This document shows positions 21,388 through 31,302 of a DNA stretch of 64,000 nt, one piece after another; positions within the stretch are counted from its first letter, which is position 1, and every line of letters begins with the position of its first letter. The notes under the pieces are model-generated. The model made no database searches, had not been told where the DNA came from, and saw only the letters and a list, made by a program, of their open reading frames with translations. Position numbers and translations under genes: made by a program. Source of the DNA: an uncultured Gammaproteobacteria bacterium (lineage in GTDB: Bacteria > Pseudomonadota > Gammaproteobacteria > Ga0077536). The stretch is taken from positions 4,401 through 68,400 of the forward strand of contig CALSND010000004.1 in the NCBI GenBank assembly GCA_943787625.1. The letters run 5' to 3'.

Positions 21388-22554
21388 ATGAGCCAAAGTA
21401 TCGAACAGATCTCATCACAAGAGGAAACCCAAGTTATTGACGCTATTGACGTCTGGCTTAGGAAAGAGGTAGCTCACCAAGTAAAGCATTTCGATCACGA
21501 AGATGAATACCCACATGAAATAGTCGCTCAAATGAAAGATATGGGGCTGTTTAGTCTTATGTATCCAATAAAGTATGGGGGGTTAGGGTTCTCAGCCAGT
21601 TCTTACACCAAGGTGATAACAAAATTAAGCGAAACGTGGATGAGTCTGGCGGGCGTGATAAATACCCATATGATGTTGGGGCAACTCATTGAACGATTCG
21701 GTACCCCAGAGCAACAATCTTACTTTTTACCCCGGCTTACTAATGCTGAGTTACACGGTGCGTTGTGCTTGACTGAGCCCGATGCCGGCACGGATCTACA
21801 AGGGATTAAAACACATGCGAAGCGAGACGGTGATCGGTACGTTCTAAATGGATCTAAAATGTGGGTCACTAATGGGATGTATGGTTCTTTATACGCGGTG
21901 CTTACTAAGACGGATCCGAGTGCTCAACCAGCACACCGAGGGATGACGATGTTTTTAGCCGAAAAAGACACCGGCTTTAATGTAGACGGTAAGTTGAAGA
22001 AACTTGGTTATCGGGGCGTTGAGAGTGCGGCGCTAAGTTTTGATGACTATTCGATCTCTGCCGATCGGGTTCTTGGTGGGGTTGAGGGTAAAGGACTTCA
22101 GCATGCGATGGGAGGATTGGAATTGGGACGTATAAATGTGGCGGCTCGAGCTGTAGGCGTTGCGCGGGCTGCGATGGATGACGCGGTCAAATATGCGCAA
22201 GAAAGAGAGACTTTTGGCAAACCCATTTGTGAGCACCAGTCGATACAAATAAAGCTCGCGGATATGGCAACAAGAGTTGAAGCGTCTCGATTGTTAGTTG
22301 AACAGGCTGCGGACAAATATGATAAAGGAGAGCGCTGTGACATGGAGGCAGGTATGGCAAAATTATTCGCTTCTGAATCGGCGCTCGAAAATGCTACAGA
22401 GGCGATGCGAGTTCACGGAGGCTACGGTTATTCCAAAGAGTTTGACGTAGAACGGTATTATCGGGATGCGCCCCTTATGTGCATAGGCGAGGGAACAAAC
22501 GAGCTTCAACGGCTACTAATAGCTAAACAGCTGGTTAAACGATCTCCTATCTAG
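21388..22554 (+). CDS. acyl-CoA dehydrogenase
   Basis: ATG at 21388 with GGAG 5 nt upstream. LTEPDAGTDLQ and GGYGYSKEFDVERYYRDAPLMCIGEGTNELQRLLIAKQL, which includes the catalytic Glu context. Confidence 0.9.
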   Translation: MSQSIEQISSQEETQVIDAIDVWLRKEVAHQVKHFDHEDEYPHEIVAQMKDMGLFSLMYPIKYGGLGFSASSYTKVITKLSETWMSLAGVINTHMMLGQLIERFGTPEQQSYFLPRLTNAELHGALCLTEPDAGTDLQGIKTHAKRDGDRYVLNGSKMWVTNGMYGSLYAVLTKTDPSAQPAHRGMTMFLAEKDTGFNVDGKLKKLGYRGVESAALSFDDYSISADRVLGGVEGKGLQHAMGGLELGRINVAARAVGVARAAMDDAVKYAQERETFGKPICEHQSIQIKLADMATRVEASRLLVEQAADKYDKGERCDMEAGMAKLFASESALENATEAMRVHGGYGYSKEFDVERYYRDAPLMCIGEGTNELQRLLIAKQLVKRSPI

Positions 22555-22559
22555 CACTT

Positions 22560-22940
22560 TTAGCCATAAGCGATCGCCTCGATCTCAACCAGAGCCAAGG
22601 GGAGAGCTAATTGCGAGCATACTGTCGAGCGTGCTGGGGGCAGTTTTGGAAAGGCTGTTTGATACACTTCGTTAAACTCAGAGAAGTTGCTTAAATCAGT
22701 AAGCCAAATGGTTGTTTTTATTATGTTGGATATGTCGAGAGACGCCTCTTGAAGAATGTTAGCAATGTTTTTTATGCAGTGACTGGTTTGAGCTTTTATT
22801 CCACTCGGGATAGTTCCAGCATCGTCGAAACCAAGTTGACCTGACAGGAATACAAAGTCACCTGCTCTAACTGCCTTAGATAGTGGCAAAGGAGTTCCGT
22901 CGGCTAAAGTAAAATTACCACCAATGATTTCGTGTTTCAT
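22560..22940 (-). CDS. RidA/YjgF/L-PSP family reactive-intermediate deaminase
   Basis: About 126 aa starting at MKHEIIGG. GDFVFLSGQLG motif. The ATG overlaps the stop of the upstream membrane-protein gene (ATGA). Confidence 0.8.
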   Translation of the reverse strand: MKHEIIGGNFTLADGTPLPLSKAVRAGDFVFLSGQLGFDDAGTIPSGIKAQTSHCIKNIANILQEASLDISNIIKTTIWLTDLSNFSEFNEVYQTAFPKLPPARSTVCSQLALPLALVEIEAIAYG

Positions 22941-24031
22941 AGTTTTTGTTCCTTTTTGAGAAGTCTTTTTAAACCAATTGTTAGAAGTGGCAGCGTGAAT
23001 ATAGCCATGAAGCCCCAAGAAAGAGCTCCGTAGCCATTGGCAATGAGGTTAATGAGTCCAAACTGGGAAAGTAAAAGGCTCGCCATGGTTATGCTAAATG
23101 ATGAGAAGCTTCGAGCGCTATTAGATAGCCCGCAATTTCGAACCTCTCTGAGCCATGAGTCTATGCGATCATTTACTCCTTGAAGTACTCCGATTGCGGT
23201 AAGGAGGATAGTACCAATCAGGATGAAGAAATAGATGTGAACAGCAAAATGTATTCCAGACTGCTCCACTAAATGATACGTTGGTACTGGTAGTTGATTT
23301 ATCTCAGGGTAAAATCCGACAAAGCCAACATGGAGCAGCAGGGCGGGCAACACCCCAAAAAGTCCAGCTATTATCCCACTTTTGACTGCTTGGTCGCTAG
23401 TTTCAATTTCCGATGCTGCGTACATCAGTACAGGGATGAGCGCACTGTTGTATATAGCAAATCGCATGCCACTGATGGATGCTCCTAGCCAATCAATAGT
23501 ATCGGTGTTACTTAGTAACGCTAGATCTTTTATGGAGACCATCGAAACAATTAGTGATACTAGAAATCCCATTAGAAGAAGAGTCCAAATAGTGAGCGCG
23601 AACTTGACTATTGAGCGACCGAAATACGTAAAGCTTAATATCGCGAGTGAAAGGATAAGCCACACTTGGTAAATCCCGATACCATATGCAGTCTCTGCTA
23701 GTGTGGTCGTAGCGGAAGTGACAATTGCAAGCACTAGCACCAATAGCAAAACGAAGAGAACTTCGTAGATTATCCAAATTGGCCCTAAAAGCTCTTTTAA
23801 AAAATCCCGATAGTTGAAGACTTTAAACCTAACTGCGAACGCAAAGCTAGATGACAAAACCAAAACAAATATACCGGCAATGACTGCGATCGCTAACAAA
23901 CCTCCAGCAGGGCCAAATCGGGTCACATATTCGACTATTTCCCGACCAGTACCGTAGCCTCCGCCTATAATGACACTCTGGAAAATAGCGGCCGGGATGA
24001 TGTAAACCGCACAAAATTTACGCCAGTGCAT
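22937..24031 (-). CDS. polytopic membrane protein, about 10-11 TM, possible YkvI/permease-like transporter
   Basis: 364 aa and almost entirely hydrophobic helices. The N-terminal GGGYGTGREIVEYV resembles YkvI-type membrane proteins. The functional call is tentative. Confidence 0.5.
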   Translation of the reverse strand: MHWRKFCAVYIIPAAIFQSVIIGGGYGTGREIVEYVTRFGPAGGLLAIAVIAGIFVLVLSSSFAFAVRFKVFNYRDFLKELLGPIWIIYEVLFVLLLVLVLAIVTSATTTLAETAYGIGIYQVWLILSLAILSFTYFGRSIVKFALTIWTLLLMGFLVSLIVSMVSIKDLALLSNTDTIDWLGASISGMRFAIYNSALIPVLMYAASEIETSDQAVKSGIIAGLFGVLPALLLHVGFVGFYPEINQLPVPTYHLVEQSGIHFAVHIYFFILIGTILLTAIGVLQGVNDRIDSWLREVRNCGLSNSARSFSSFSITMASLLLSQFGLINLIANGYGALSWGFMAIFTLPLLTIGLKRLLKKEQKL

Positions 24032-24057
24032 TACCTAAGTCCTAAAATTGAAATAGT

Positions 24058-24876
24058 TTACTTACCTTTAAATTCTGGAGTACGCTTCTCAAAAAAAGCA
24101 TTGACCGCTTCCATATGGTCTTCAGTATGCTGCAACGTCACTTGCAAGGCGGCAGACATTTCCATAATTGAGTCAAAACTTGCCATTGTACCGTCTCGCA
24201 TCAGCTTTTTAGTCATCCTTAGTGCTTGAGGGGGTTGGACACAAATTTTTTCCGCCAAAGCTTCTGCCTCAGCTAAAACATCTTGATCGGGATACACTTC
24301 AGATACCAAACCCCAATCTTTAGCAGTATCGGCGTCAATTAGATCACCAGTGAAGAATAACTGAGCTGCTCTGGACCAGCCGATCTGCCGAGGCAGTAAC
24401 CAGGCGCCGCCATCACCGGGCAGTATGCCTAGCTTTAGAAAAGTCGCTCCAAACTTGGCTGATTTCGCAGCTAACCTGATATCGCAGAGGGAGGCGATGT
24501 CGCCACCCAGGCCTATTGCCGCCCCATTGATGGCACCAACAATAGGAACTTCGATATTCCACATTGCTTTTACGATTCCATGAATACTTTCGCGGTAATG
24601 GTCTCGCAGCTGGAGGGCATTGCCACCAAAGTGACCAGTTCTTTCTTTCATGGACTTTAAATCGCCACCAGCAGAGAAGGCTTTTCCCGCACCAGTCATA
24701 ATGACACATCTTAAATTCTTATTACTGTTTATAACATTAGCAGCTTCGGAGAAGCGTTCCCCATCACGCGCGTGCCCTAAAGGGTTTCTCGTGTCAGGTC
24801 TATTAATAGTTAGCCTGGCTATGACACCTTTAGTTTGAAGAATTAATTCATCGTCAATTGAGATTTCATTTTTCAT
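24058..24876 (-). CDS. enoyl-CoA hydratase/isomerase (crotonase family)
   Basis: GAGKAFSAGGDLK oxyanion-hole motif. 272 aa. Confidence 0.9.
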   Translation of the reverse strand: MKNEISIDDELILQTKGVIARLTINRPDTRNPLGHARDGERFSEAANVINSNKNLRCVIMTGAGKAFSAGGDLKSMKERTGHFGGNALQLRDHYRESIHGIVKAMWNIEVPIVGAINGAAIGLGGDIASLCDIRLAAKSAKFGATFLKLGILPGDGGAWLLPRQIGWSRAAQLFFTGDLIDADTAKDWGLVSEVYPDQDVLAEAEALAEKICVQPPQALRMTKKLMRDGTMASFDSIMEMSAALQVTLQHTEDHMEAVNAFFEKRTPEFKGK

Positions 24877-24891
24877 AATAAACTCCGTCTG

Positions 24892-25923
24892 TTAAGCCGT
24901 GATAATAGGCCAAATTTCGTTGCCGCCGTTTTCTACAGCGAGCTTACCTAGCTCTTCTCCCCAATACGCTACACCCCCATATTCTGTGCGCCAAGCCCAC
25001 ATCCTGCGAGTGAGGAAATGAAGCCCGTATTCGTATGTAAACCCAATGGCACCATGGATTTGATGACTTAAGCGGGTAATTTTTTCCACCGCCTCACTAG
25101 CTCGACATTTCGCGGCTGCTATTTCAAATCGCGCATTACGTTGGTTATCAGTTATTCCTGAGAGGTCCAACCGAGCACAAGCGGCAATTGCGATAGCATC
25201 AACTGATGCTACAAGGCCAGCTAAGTCTGCGAGGTGATGTTGGATTGCTTGGAATTTAGCCAACGATCTACCAAACTGCTCTCGGTCGCTGGCGTATGTT
25301 ACCGCGAGATCTAAAGCGGCAGCGCTGGCACCACCTATTTGGATACTTCGTACCAATGCGCCTAGGTATAGCAAAGAGTCGTTGTCTAGATTGGTCGGAA
25401 ATCTATCTAAAATTCTGGCTTCTCCTGAAATTCGATCCCGAGGGTCACGCCCCAAATTATTTTGATTTGCTACCTCTTGTTTTTGCGCTTCCAATATAAA
25501 AAGTTCCGAGTCATGAATCGCCATGTAGTAGCTACAGCGGCTTCCCCATGGGACAATACTTTTGTTCAGAGAAAACTTACTTTCTTTGATGGAAAACCCT
25601 TGAGTTAATAGGCCAGGAATTCCTTCGGGCAGTTCTGCCCCAGATTGTCGCGCAACCCATTGTCCCAAAATTGCTTCAGATACGGGGAGGGGAACGGTAT
25701 ATCTCCCACAAGCTCTTAGTACGGGGTATGCGTCACTCCAAGAGGCTTCAATACCACCTGAGGATTCACTGGCCAGGACCTTGTCAATTCCTTGCTCTAT
25801 TACTCTGCCCCAGAGTGACTCAGGCCATTCTATTTTTTCGTAGCGCGTGAGGGCATCCCAATCAAGTTCATCCTCAAATAACCTAGACACGCTCTCGTGC
25901 AGCATATTCTGTAATTCGTTCAT
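24892..25923 (-). CDS. short acyl-CoA-dehydrogenase-family protein (probable partner subunit of a heteromeric ACAD)
   Basis: 343 aa. ACAD C-terminal domain (FGRSLAKFQAIQHHLA; IGFTYEYGLHFLTRRMWAW). Its start overlaps the stop of the upstream ACAD gene by 4 nt. Confidence 0.75.
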   Translation of the reverse strand: MNELQNMLHESVSRLFEDELDWDALTRYEKIEWPESLWGRVIEQGIDKVLASESSGGIEASWSDAYPVLRACGRYTVPLPVSEAILGQWVARQSGAELPEGIPGLLTQGFSIKESKFSLNKSIVPWGSRCSYYMAIHDSELFILEAQKQEVANQNNLGRDPRDRISGEARILDRFPTNLDNDSLLYLGALVRSIQIGGASAAALDLAVTYASDREQFGRSLAKFQAIQHHLADLAGLVASVDAIAIAACARLDLSGITDNQRNARFEIAAAKCRASEAVEKITRLSHQIHGAIGFTYEYGLHFLTRRMWAWRTEYGGVAYWGEELGKLAVENGGNEIWPIITA

Positions 25924-27086
25924 CTGATCCCCATCCCTTTAGCGATTATTCCGCGCATTATTTCCGGTGTACCCCCTCTTAATGAAAAAGACGGAGCGAT
26001 TTGTATCAAGTTCCCAAGGATCTGTTGGTATGGCACCCCATGACCCTCAAGGGTTGGTTCTAGATCGCAGAGTTCTTGTGCTAGGCCTGGCAGGGTTTGC
26101 TCGAATTGACATCCTAGGTCTTTCACCACGGACGCGGCTAAAGTTGGATTCTCGCCCGCGTGTAGTTGTGAGGCAATGCTTAGAGACATTGTTCTAAGTG
26201 TCGTTGCCCACGCAACCTGAGTACCTATTTTTGCCAATATTGCCGGATTTGCGCAATCTTTTAATACGTCGATGAGTTCACGTAAAAGGTAGAAGCAGGA
26301 CAAGTATCGCTCTGGTCCGCTTCGTTCTAGCGCTAGTTCTTCGGTCACCTGCTTCCAGCCTTCCCCTTCAGTGCCTATCAAGGCATCGGCAGGGAGCTCT
26401 ACATCGACAAAGGATACTTCGTTGAAATTTTTTCCACCCGCAAGATTTTCTATCGTTCTGGGCGTTATACCTTTAGTTTTTTTCAGATCTATTAAAAATT
26501 GAGATAGTCCCGCATGCTTTTTATCTGGATCGGGATCGCTTCTGAATAGGGCTATCATATAGTCGGCGCGATGCGCCTGGCTGGTCCATATTTTAGTTCC
26601 GTTGACAAGCCAACCGTTTTCAGTTTTTTCCGCTTTGGTCCTAAGAGAAGCCAAATCGGAACCAGAATTAGGCTCACTCATCCCAATACAAAAGCACGCC
26701 TTCCCTGCTGTTATTTTAGGAATGATCTCTTTTTTTTGCGCCTCATTACCGTATCGAGTTAAAAGTGTTCCACTTTGTCTATCCGCAACCCAGTGAAAAC
26801 CTGTCGGCGCACCGGCTACCAAGCATTCCTCGACCACGACATAGCGCTCGAAGGCAGAGCAACCTTGTCCGCCATATTGTTTAGGGAGTGTCATGCCGAG
26901 CCATCCACGTTCACCGAGCTTGGCACTGAATTCTGCGTCATATGCTTCCCAACTATGACTACGTTTTACCACTGAATATTCTTGCAACTCGTCCGTTAAA
27001 AAAGCCCGAACTTCTTGCCGTAATACATGCAAATCAGCTGGTAATTGACAAGGATCAAACCTAAGTTTATCTGCAATAGACTCCAT
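25920..27086 (-). CDS. acyl-CoA dehydrogenase family protein
   Basis: 388 aa. MSEPNSGSDLAS motif, WTSQAH, and a C-terminal GGTPEIMRGIIAKGMG. Confidence 0.85.
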   Translation of the reverse strand: MESIADKLRFDPCQLPADLHVLRQEVRAFLTDELQEYSVVKRSHSWEAYDAEFSAKLGERGWLGMTLPKQYGGQGCSAFERYVVVEECLVAGAPTGFHWVADRQSGTLLTRYGNEAQKKEIIPKITAGKACFCIGMSEPNSGSDLASLRTKAEKTENGWLVNGTKIWTSQAHRADYMIALFRSDPDPDKKHAGLSQFLIDLKKTKGITPRTIENLAGGKNFNEVSFVDVELPADALIGTEGEGWKQVTEELALERSGPERYLSCFYLLRELIDVLKDCANPAILAKIGTQVAWATTLRTMSLSIASQLHAGENPTLAASVVKDLGCQFEQTLPGLAQELCDLEPTLEGHGVPYQQILGNLIQIAPSFSLRGGTPEIMRGIIAKGMGIR

Positions 27087-27143
27087 AATTAAACCTTATA
27101 TTTTTCAGTTAGTTGAAATATTAAAGTGATATTTAAGATTAAG

Positions 27144-28211
27144 TTATACTAATTGAGCATACTTCCATGCTTCTTCCGCAAATACCTCCACATACTCTGT
27201 TGAACGGTAAGCGTCAGCACTGGCGGCAGTACCATCTTCTACGCGTTTAACGATACCCTGATAGATAGCGGCGAGCCTCCACATAGTGTACGCCTTGTAA
27301 AATTCTAAGTTTTCAATTTCATTGCGATCAGTAAGTTTACAGTACATTGAAATGTATTCTTCTTCTGTAGGTATCCCCATCTCTGACAGATTGAGTCCGG
27401 ATAAACTTGAGATACCTTCCATGTTCGGAAGCATCCAAGGAGCAAGATGATAAACAAAATCCCCCAAAGGATGGCCTAACGTAGATAACTCCCAGTCGAG
27501 TACTGCTATCACTTTAGGTTCTGTTGGATGACATACCATATTGTCAAGTCTGTAGTCTCCGTGTATTACTGAAAGCTCTTGGGAGTCTGGGATGTTGTCG
27601 GGAAGCCATTTATTCAATTTGTCCATTAGAGGAATCTTTTTAGTTTCCGATGCTACATAAATTTTACTCCATCTATGAACTTGTCTTGCGATATAGTTTT
27701 CGGTCTTACCGAATCCATCAAGGCCAATCTCTGATGGATTTATTTTCTGCAGTCGCGCTAAAGTTTCCAACTTTGAGCGATAGATGTTTGTTCGTTCCGA
27801 TTTAGTCTGATCGGGTAATGATAGGTCCCAAAAGATCCTGCCATCGACCATTTCCATGACATAAAACATAGTCCCAATTACGTCCACATCTTCACAAAGC
27901 GCATATGCTTTCGGTATGGGGAAGTCGGTTTTTCCTAAGGCAGCGATAACACGATACTCTCTATCCACCGCGTGTGCTGACGGCATAAGAACACCTGGGG
28001 GTTTCCTTCTCAGTACATAGCGATTAGTTGGAGTAATGAGTTGGTACGTCGGGTTTGATTGACCACCTTTGAATTCTTTGACAGTCAATGGGCCGGAGAA
28101 ATCCGCCACATTTTCGTCCATCCAAGCACTAAGCTTAAGGTGATCGAACGACAAGTGTTGTTGTACCTCTTTCGTTCCAGAAAATTTGTGCTGCCTTTCA
28201 GTCATTATCAA
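27144..28211 (-). CDS. APH-type phosphotransferase (the kinase family associated with ACADs, as in the ACAD10/11 N-terminal domain)
   Basis: Catalytic loop HGDYRLDNM and VLDWELSTLGHPLGD. 355 aa. Confidence 0.8.
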   Translation of the reverse strand: MIMTERQHKFSGTKEVQQHLSFDHLKLSAWMDENVADFSGPLTVKEFKGGQSNPTYQLITPTNRYVLRRKPPGVLMPSAHAVDREYRVIAALGKTDFPIPKAYALCEDVDVIGTMFYVMEMVDGRIFWDLSLPDQTKSERTNIYRSKLETLARLQKINPSEIGLDGFGKTENYIARQVHRWSKIYVASETKKIPLMDKLNKWLPDNIPDSQELSVIHGDYRLDNMVCHPTEPKVIAVLDWELSTLGHPLGDFVYHLAPWMLPNMEGISSLSGLNLSEMGIPTEEEYISMYCKLTDRNEIENLEFYKAYTMWRLAAIYQGIVKRVEDGTAASADAYRSTEYVEVFAEEAWKYAQLV

Positions 28212-28228
28212 CCTTCCTATTGTATTAG

Positions 28229-29437
28229 TTACGCTACGATATTAGTGTCGTGTAGCTTTCCGATTGTCGCACTATCTAGGTTAAGCAATTCAGATAGTAT
28301 CTCGTCAGTGTGTTGACCCACGATTGGCGCTGGCTGAGGCGACTTCCTCTCTATTTCTGAAAAATGCATCGCACCGCTGGGCACAGGATATTTTCCGATG
28401 CCCGGCTGTTCAATAGTTTCAAATATAGGGTTGTCGTCGGAACAATCGGGATCTTCCTCTACCAATTTTTTTACGGATTGGTATTTATCCCAACAGATCC
28501 CGCATGCATCAAACATTTTCCCAACAACCTCTAGGGGATTTCTGCTGAACCATGGCTCAAGCAACCGAGACAATTCCACTCGACCTTCAAAACGCCCGCC
28601 TTCAGTGGAGAAGTCTAGTTGCATAAGATGCTCTAGCTGCGCCACCTCATCGCTGATTCCGGTCGCTTTAAGTAAACCGGCCCATTGTTTCGCATTTATC
28701 GCTATCAGCATTATTCGCTCGCCGTCGGACGTTTTGAAATCTCGACCAAGCGCGCCGTACAAGTAGTTACCATGTCGTTGTCGTTCGTGCTTGTTGACCA
28801 TGACCTCTCCAATGTAGCCCAGGTGTCCCATTGTACTTAGCGCTACATCAGCTAAAGCCAACTTAATTTGCTGACCTTTACCTGTTATTCTCCTGTGCCT
28901 CTCAGCTGCCAATATATCTATGGCTGCAAGGTAGGCTGTGGTGATGTCCCAAGCGGGTAGCACATGATTGACAGGCCGGTCGTCATCTGGATGACCAGTG
29001 AGATAAGGAAAGCCGACTTTTGCGTTTACCGTATAATCTAGTGCAGTACCGCCATGGCGATCTCCGACGATTTCGTGTTGTATCAGATCATTTCGTCTTT
29101 TTGACAACTCTTCGTATGAAAGCCAACCTCGCGCTGGTAAGTTGGTGGAGAAAATCCCTGCGTCGGATCCTTCAGCACAGATCAACTGACAGACAATTTC
29201 TTTTCCTTCGTCCGACTTTAAGTCTACTGCGATAGATCGCTTTCCTTTGTTCATCTCCGCCCAATATATACTCGTATTATCTTCAGTGACTGGCCAGCGA
29301 CGATAATCCATGCCGCCACCGATCTGATCAAATCTGATCACGTCGGCACCTAATTGCGCTAATGTCATTCCACACATTGGGGCTGCGATAAAAGCAGAAC
29401 CTTCAATTATCCGTAGACCTTTTAGTATTGGCTGCAT
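28229..29437 (-). CDS. family-III CoA-transferase
   Basis: LKGLRIIEGSAFIAAPMCGMTLAQLGADVIRFD. 402 aa. Confidence 0.85.
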   Translation of the reverse strand: MQPILKGLRIIEGSAFIAAPMCGMTLAQLGADVIRFDQIGGGMDYRRWPVTEDNTSIYWAEMNKGKRSIAVDLKSDEGKEIVCQLICAEGSDAGIFSTNLPARGWLSYEELSKRRNDLIQHEIVGDRHGGTALDYTVNAKVGFPYLTGHPDDDRPVNHVLPAWDITTAYLAAIDILAAERHRRITGKGQQIKLALADVALSTMGHLGYIGEVMVNKHERQRHGNYLYGALGRDFKTSDGERIMLIAINAKQWAGLLKATGISDEVAQLEHLMQLDFSTEGGRFEGRVELSRLLEPWFSRNPLEVVGKMFDACGICWDKYQSVKKLVEEDPDCSDDNPIFETIEQPGIGKYPVPSGAMHFSEIERKSPQPAPIVGQHTDEILSELLNLDSATIGKLHDTNIVA

Positions 29438-29464
29438 AGTATTTTGATACCTGTGAGTAAGTGT

Positions 29465-30319
29465 TTATTCTATGCCAGCGTTACCGTTATTCAGCACTAA
29501 TACATCTCTTTCTATAGACGATGCTCTAAACTGGATTTTAGAACCTTCGGACCATATCTCAGTGCGTAATGTTTCTCCCGGCATAAATGGCGCAGAAAAT
29601 CGCACACCCAATGACGTAAGCCTATGCGCTTGATAATTGCAACAACTTCGGATGAGTGCGTGCATGGCGACTCCTAACGTACAGCGACCATGTAAGATTG
29701 GCGCACTAAAGCCAACAGACGTTGCGACACTTGGATCGGCGTGTAGGGGATTCATGTCACCATTTAATCGGTATAGTAGCGCCGCTTGGGGAAGAGTAGG
29801 CAGATCGCAGACTATGTCGGGCTTTCGTTCCGGTGGAGCTGGCATAGCACTTCTTGGCTTGCTGTCTCCTCCGAACCCCCCATCACCTCGGGCTAACGTA
29901 TTAGATGTCACTGTTGCATAGTGCTTACTTTTATCTGCCGAATATAGGTCTTTCTTAGAATATACGAAGCATCCTTTGTCAGAACCTCGGTCAACAACAT
30001 CTTCTACCACCGTTTTGCCGTAGATCTTGCCTTCAATTGGCAGTGGGCAATGGATTTCGATAAATTCTTCAGCGTGCAGCACTTTTTGCCATTCGAAGCC
30101 ATAGCTTTTTTCTTTCATCCAGAAGCCTGGATAGTTTACAACCATTGCCATTCCTGGCAGCGATTGGCCACCATCTTCATAGACATAAGGCAATTGTCTG
30201 GAGTCCAGCGGATCACTCCCGAATCCAAGCGAGAGAGCATAAATTAGCGTGTCTTTGATGTCTACTTGAGTGACACTTTCGTGAATAGTTTTACCGATAA
30301 GGTCGGAATGATCTTTCAT
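29465..30319 (-). CDS. MaoC-type (R)-specific enoyl-CoA hydratase 2, double hot-dog (MFE-2 hydratase-like)
   Basis: Hydratase-2 motif YRLNGDMNPLHADPSVA. 284 aa. Confidence 0.8.
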   Translation of the reverse strand: MKDHSDLIGKTIHESVTQVDIKDTLIYALSLGFGSDPLDSRQLPYVYEDGGQSLPGMAMVVNYPGFWMKEKSYGFEWQKVLHAEEFIEIHCPLPIEGKIYGKTVVEDVVDRGSDKGCFVYSKKDLYSADKSKHYATVTSNTLARGDGGFGGDSKPRSAMPAPPERKPDIVCDLPTLPQAALLYRLNGDMNPLHADPSVATSVGFSAPILHGRCTLGVAMHALIRSCCNYQAHRLTSLGVRFSAPFMPGETLRTEIWSEGSKIQFRASSIERDVLVLNNGNAGIE

Positions 30320-30390
30320 GAGGATACCCTAAAATTATGGAGCCGAATGTCTCACCTATAGCTCTTCAGTTAAAATTTCTACTATTTTAT

Positions 30391-31302
30391 CTATACCGGA
30401 TCCCAAGGCCAGATATCTTGAGACCGTGCAAGGTCATAGAAGTCTGACTTGAGTGCAGGAGCGGCGTGCTCAGCAATAGTTTCTGGGGTCCAACCCTCAC
30501 CGCGGTGTATAGATCGAATAGGTCGATTTTGGCTCATGAGAAAAATTTCATTATTCCTCACTGCAAAAATTTGTCCCGAAACCTCATGGGCTTGATCGGA
30601 GAGCAGATATATTGCCATGGGGGCAATTTTATCTGGCGTCATTTCTTTCAGCCTCTCTACACGTTCCTTTTGGGCCTCGTCGGTGATGGGGATCGTGCCT
30701 ATCATCCGGGTCCAGGCGAAAGGGGCTATACAGTTACTCCGCACATTATAGCGCCCCATATCCAAGGCAATACTTTTTGAAAGAGCGACTATTCCTAGCT
30801 TGGCCGCTGCATAATTAGCCTGTCCAAAGTTCCCAATCAAGCCACTAGTCGAAGTCATGTGCACAAACGAACCAGTTTCTCGTTCCCGAAAATGATCTGC
30901 TGCCGCACGACTTACATAAAAGGTACCGTTTAAATGGACATCAATTACAGCCTGCCACTCATCTAAGCTCATTTTATGGAACATTCTGTCCCGTAAAATT
31001 CCCGCGTTATTAATTACGCAGTCCAGCTGACCAAAATTATTTATAGCGTCAGAAACCATAGCTTTTGCATCGTCATAGTTTGATACACTTCCGAAATTAG
31101 CAACAGCCTCGCCCCCTAGCGCAGTTATTTCCTTGACTACTTCTTGAGCAGGACGTCCCTCGATATCTTGTCCATCGGTGCTGGCGCCTAAATCGTTCAC
31201 TACTACCTTGGCTCCAGCTTGTGCCATCGCAAGAGAATAATCCCGACCAATTCCTCGTCCTCCACCTGTCACTAGGACTACCTTTCCAGCAAGCATATTC
31301 AT
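30391..31302 (-). CDS. SDR, MFE-2-type (3R)-hydroxyacyl-CoA dehydrogenase-like
   Basis: VLVTGGGRGIGR and YAAAKLG. About 300 aa with the C-terminal extension typical of MFE-2 dehydrogenase domains. Confidence 0.8.
   Translation of the reverse strand: MNMLAGKVVLVTGGGRGIGRDYSLAMAQAGAKVVVNDLGASTDGQDIEGRPAQEVVKEITALGGEAVANFGSVSNYDDAKAMVSDAINNFGQLDCVINNAGILRDRMFHKMSLDEWQAVIDVHLNGTFYVSRAAADHFRERETGSFVHMTSTSGLIGNFGQANYAAAKLGIVALSKSIALDMGRYNVRSNCIAPFAWTRMIGTIPITDEAQKERVERLKEMTPDKIAPMAIYLLSDQAHEVSGQIFAVRNNEIFLMSQNRPIRSIHRGEGWTPETIAEHAAPALKSDFYDLARSQDIWPWDPV

Noticed and set aside
22941-23018. N-terminal extension of the RidA ORF (MGLHGYIHAATSNNWFKK...).
   Set aside because: It overlaps the 3' end of the membrane-protein gene. 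ATG at 22940 gives a normal-length RidA and a classic ATGA stop/start overlap.
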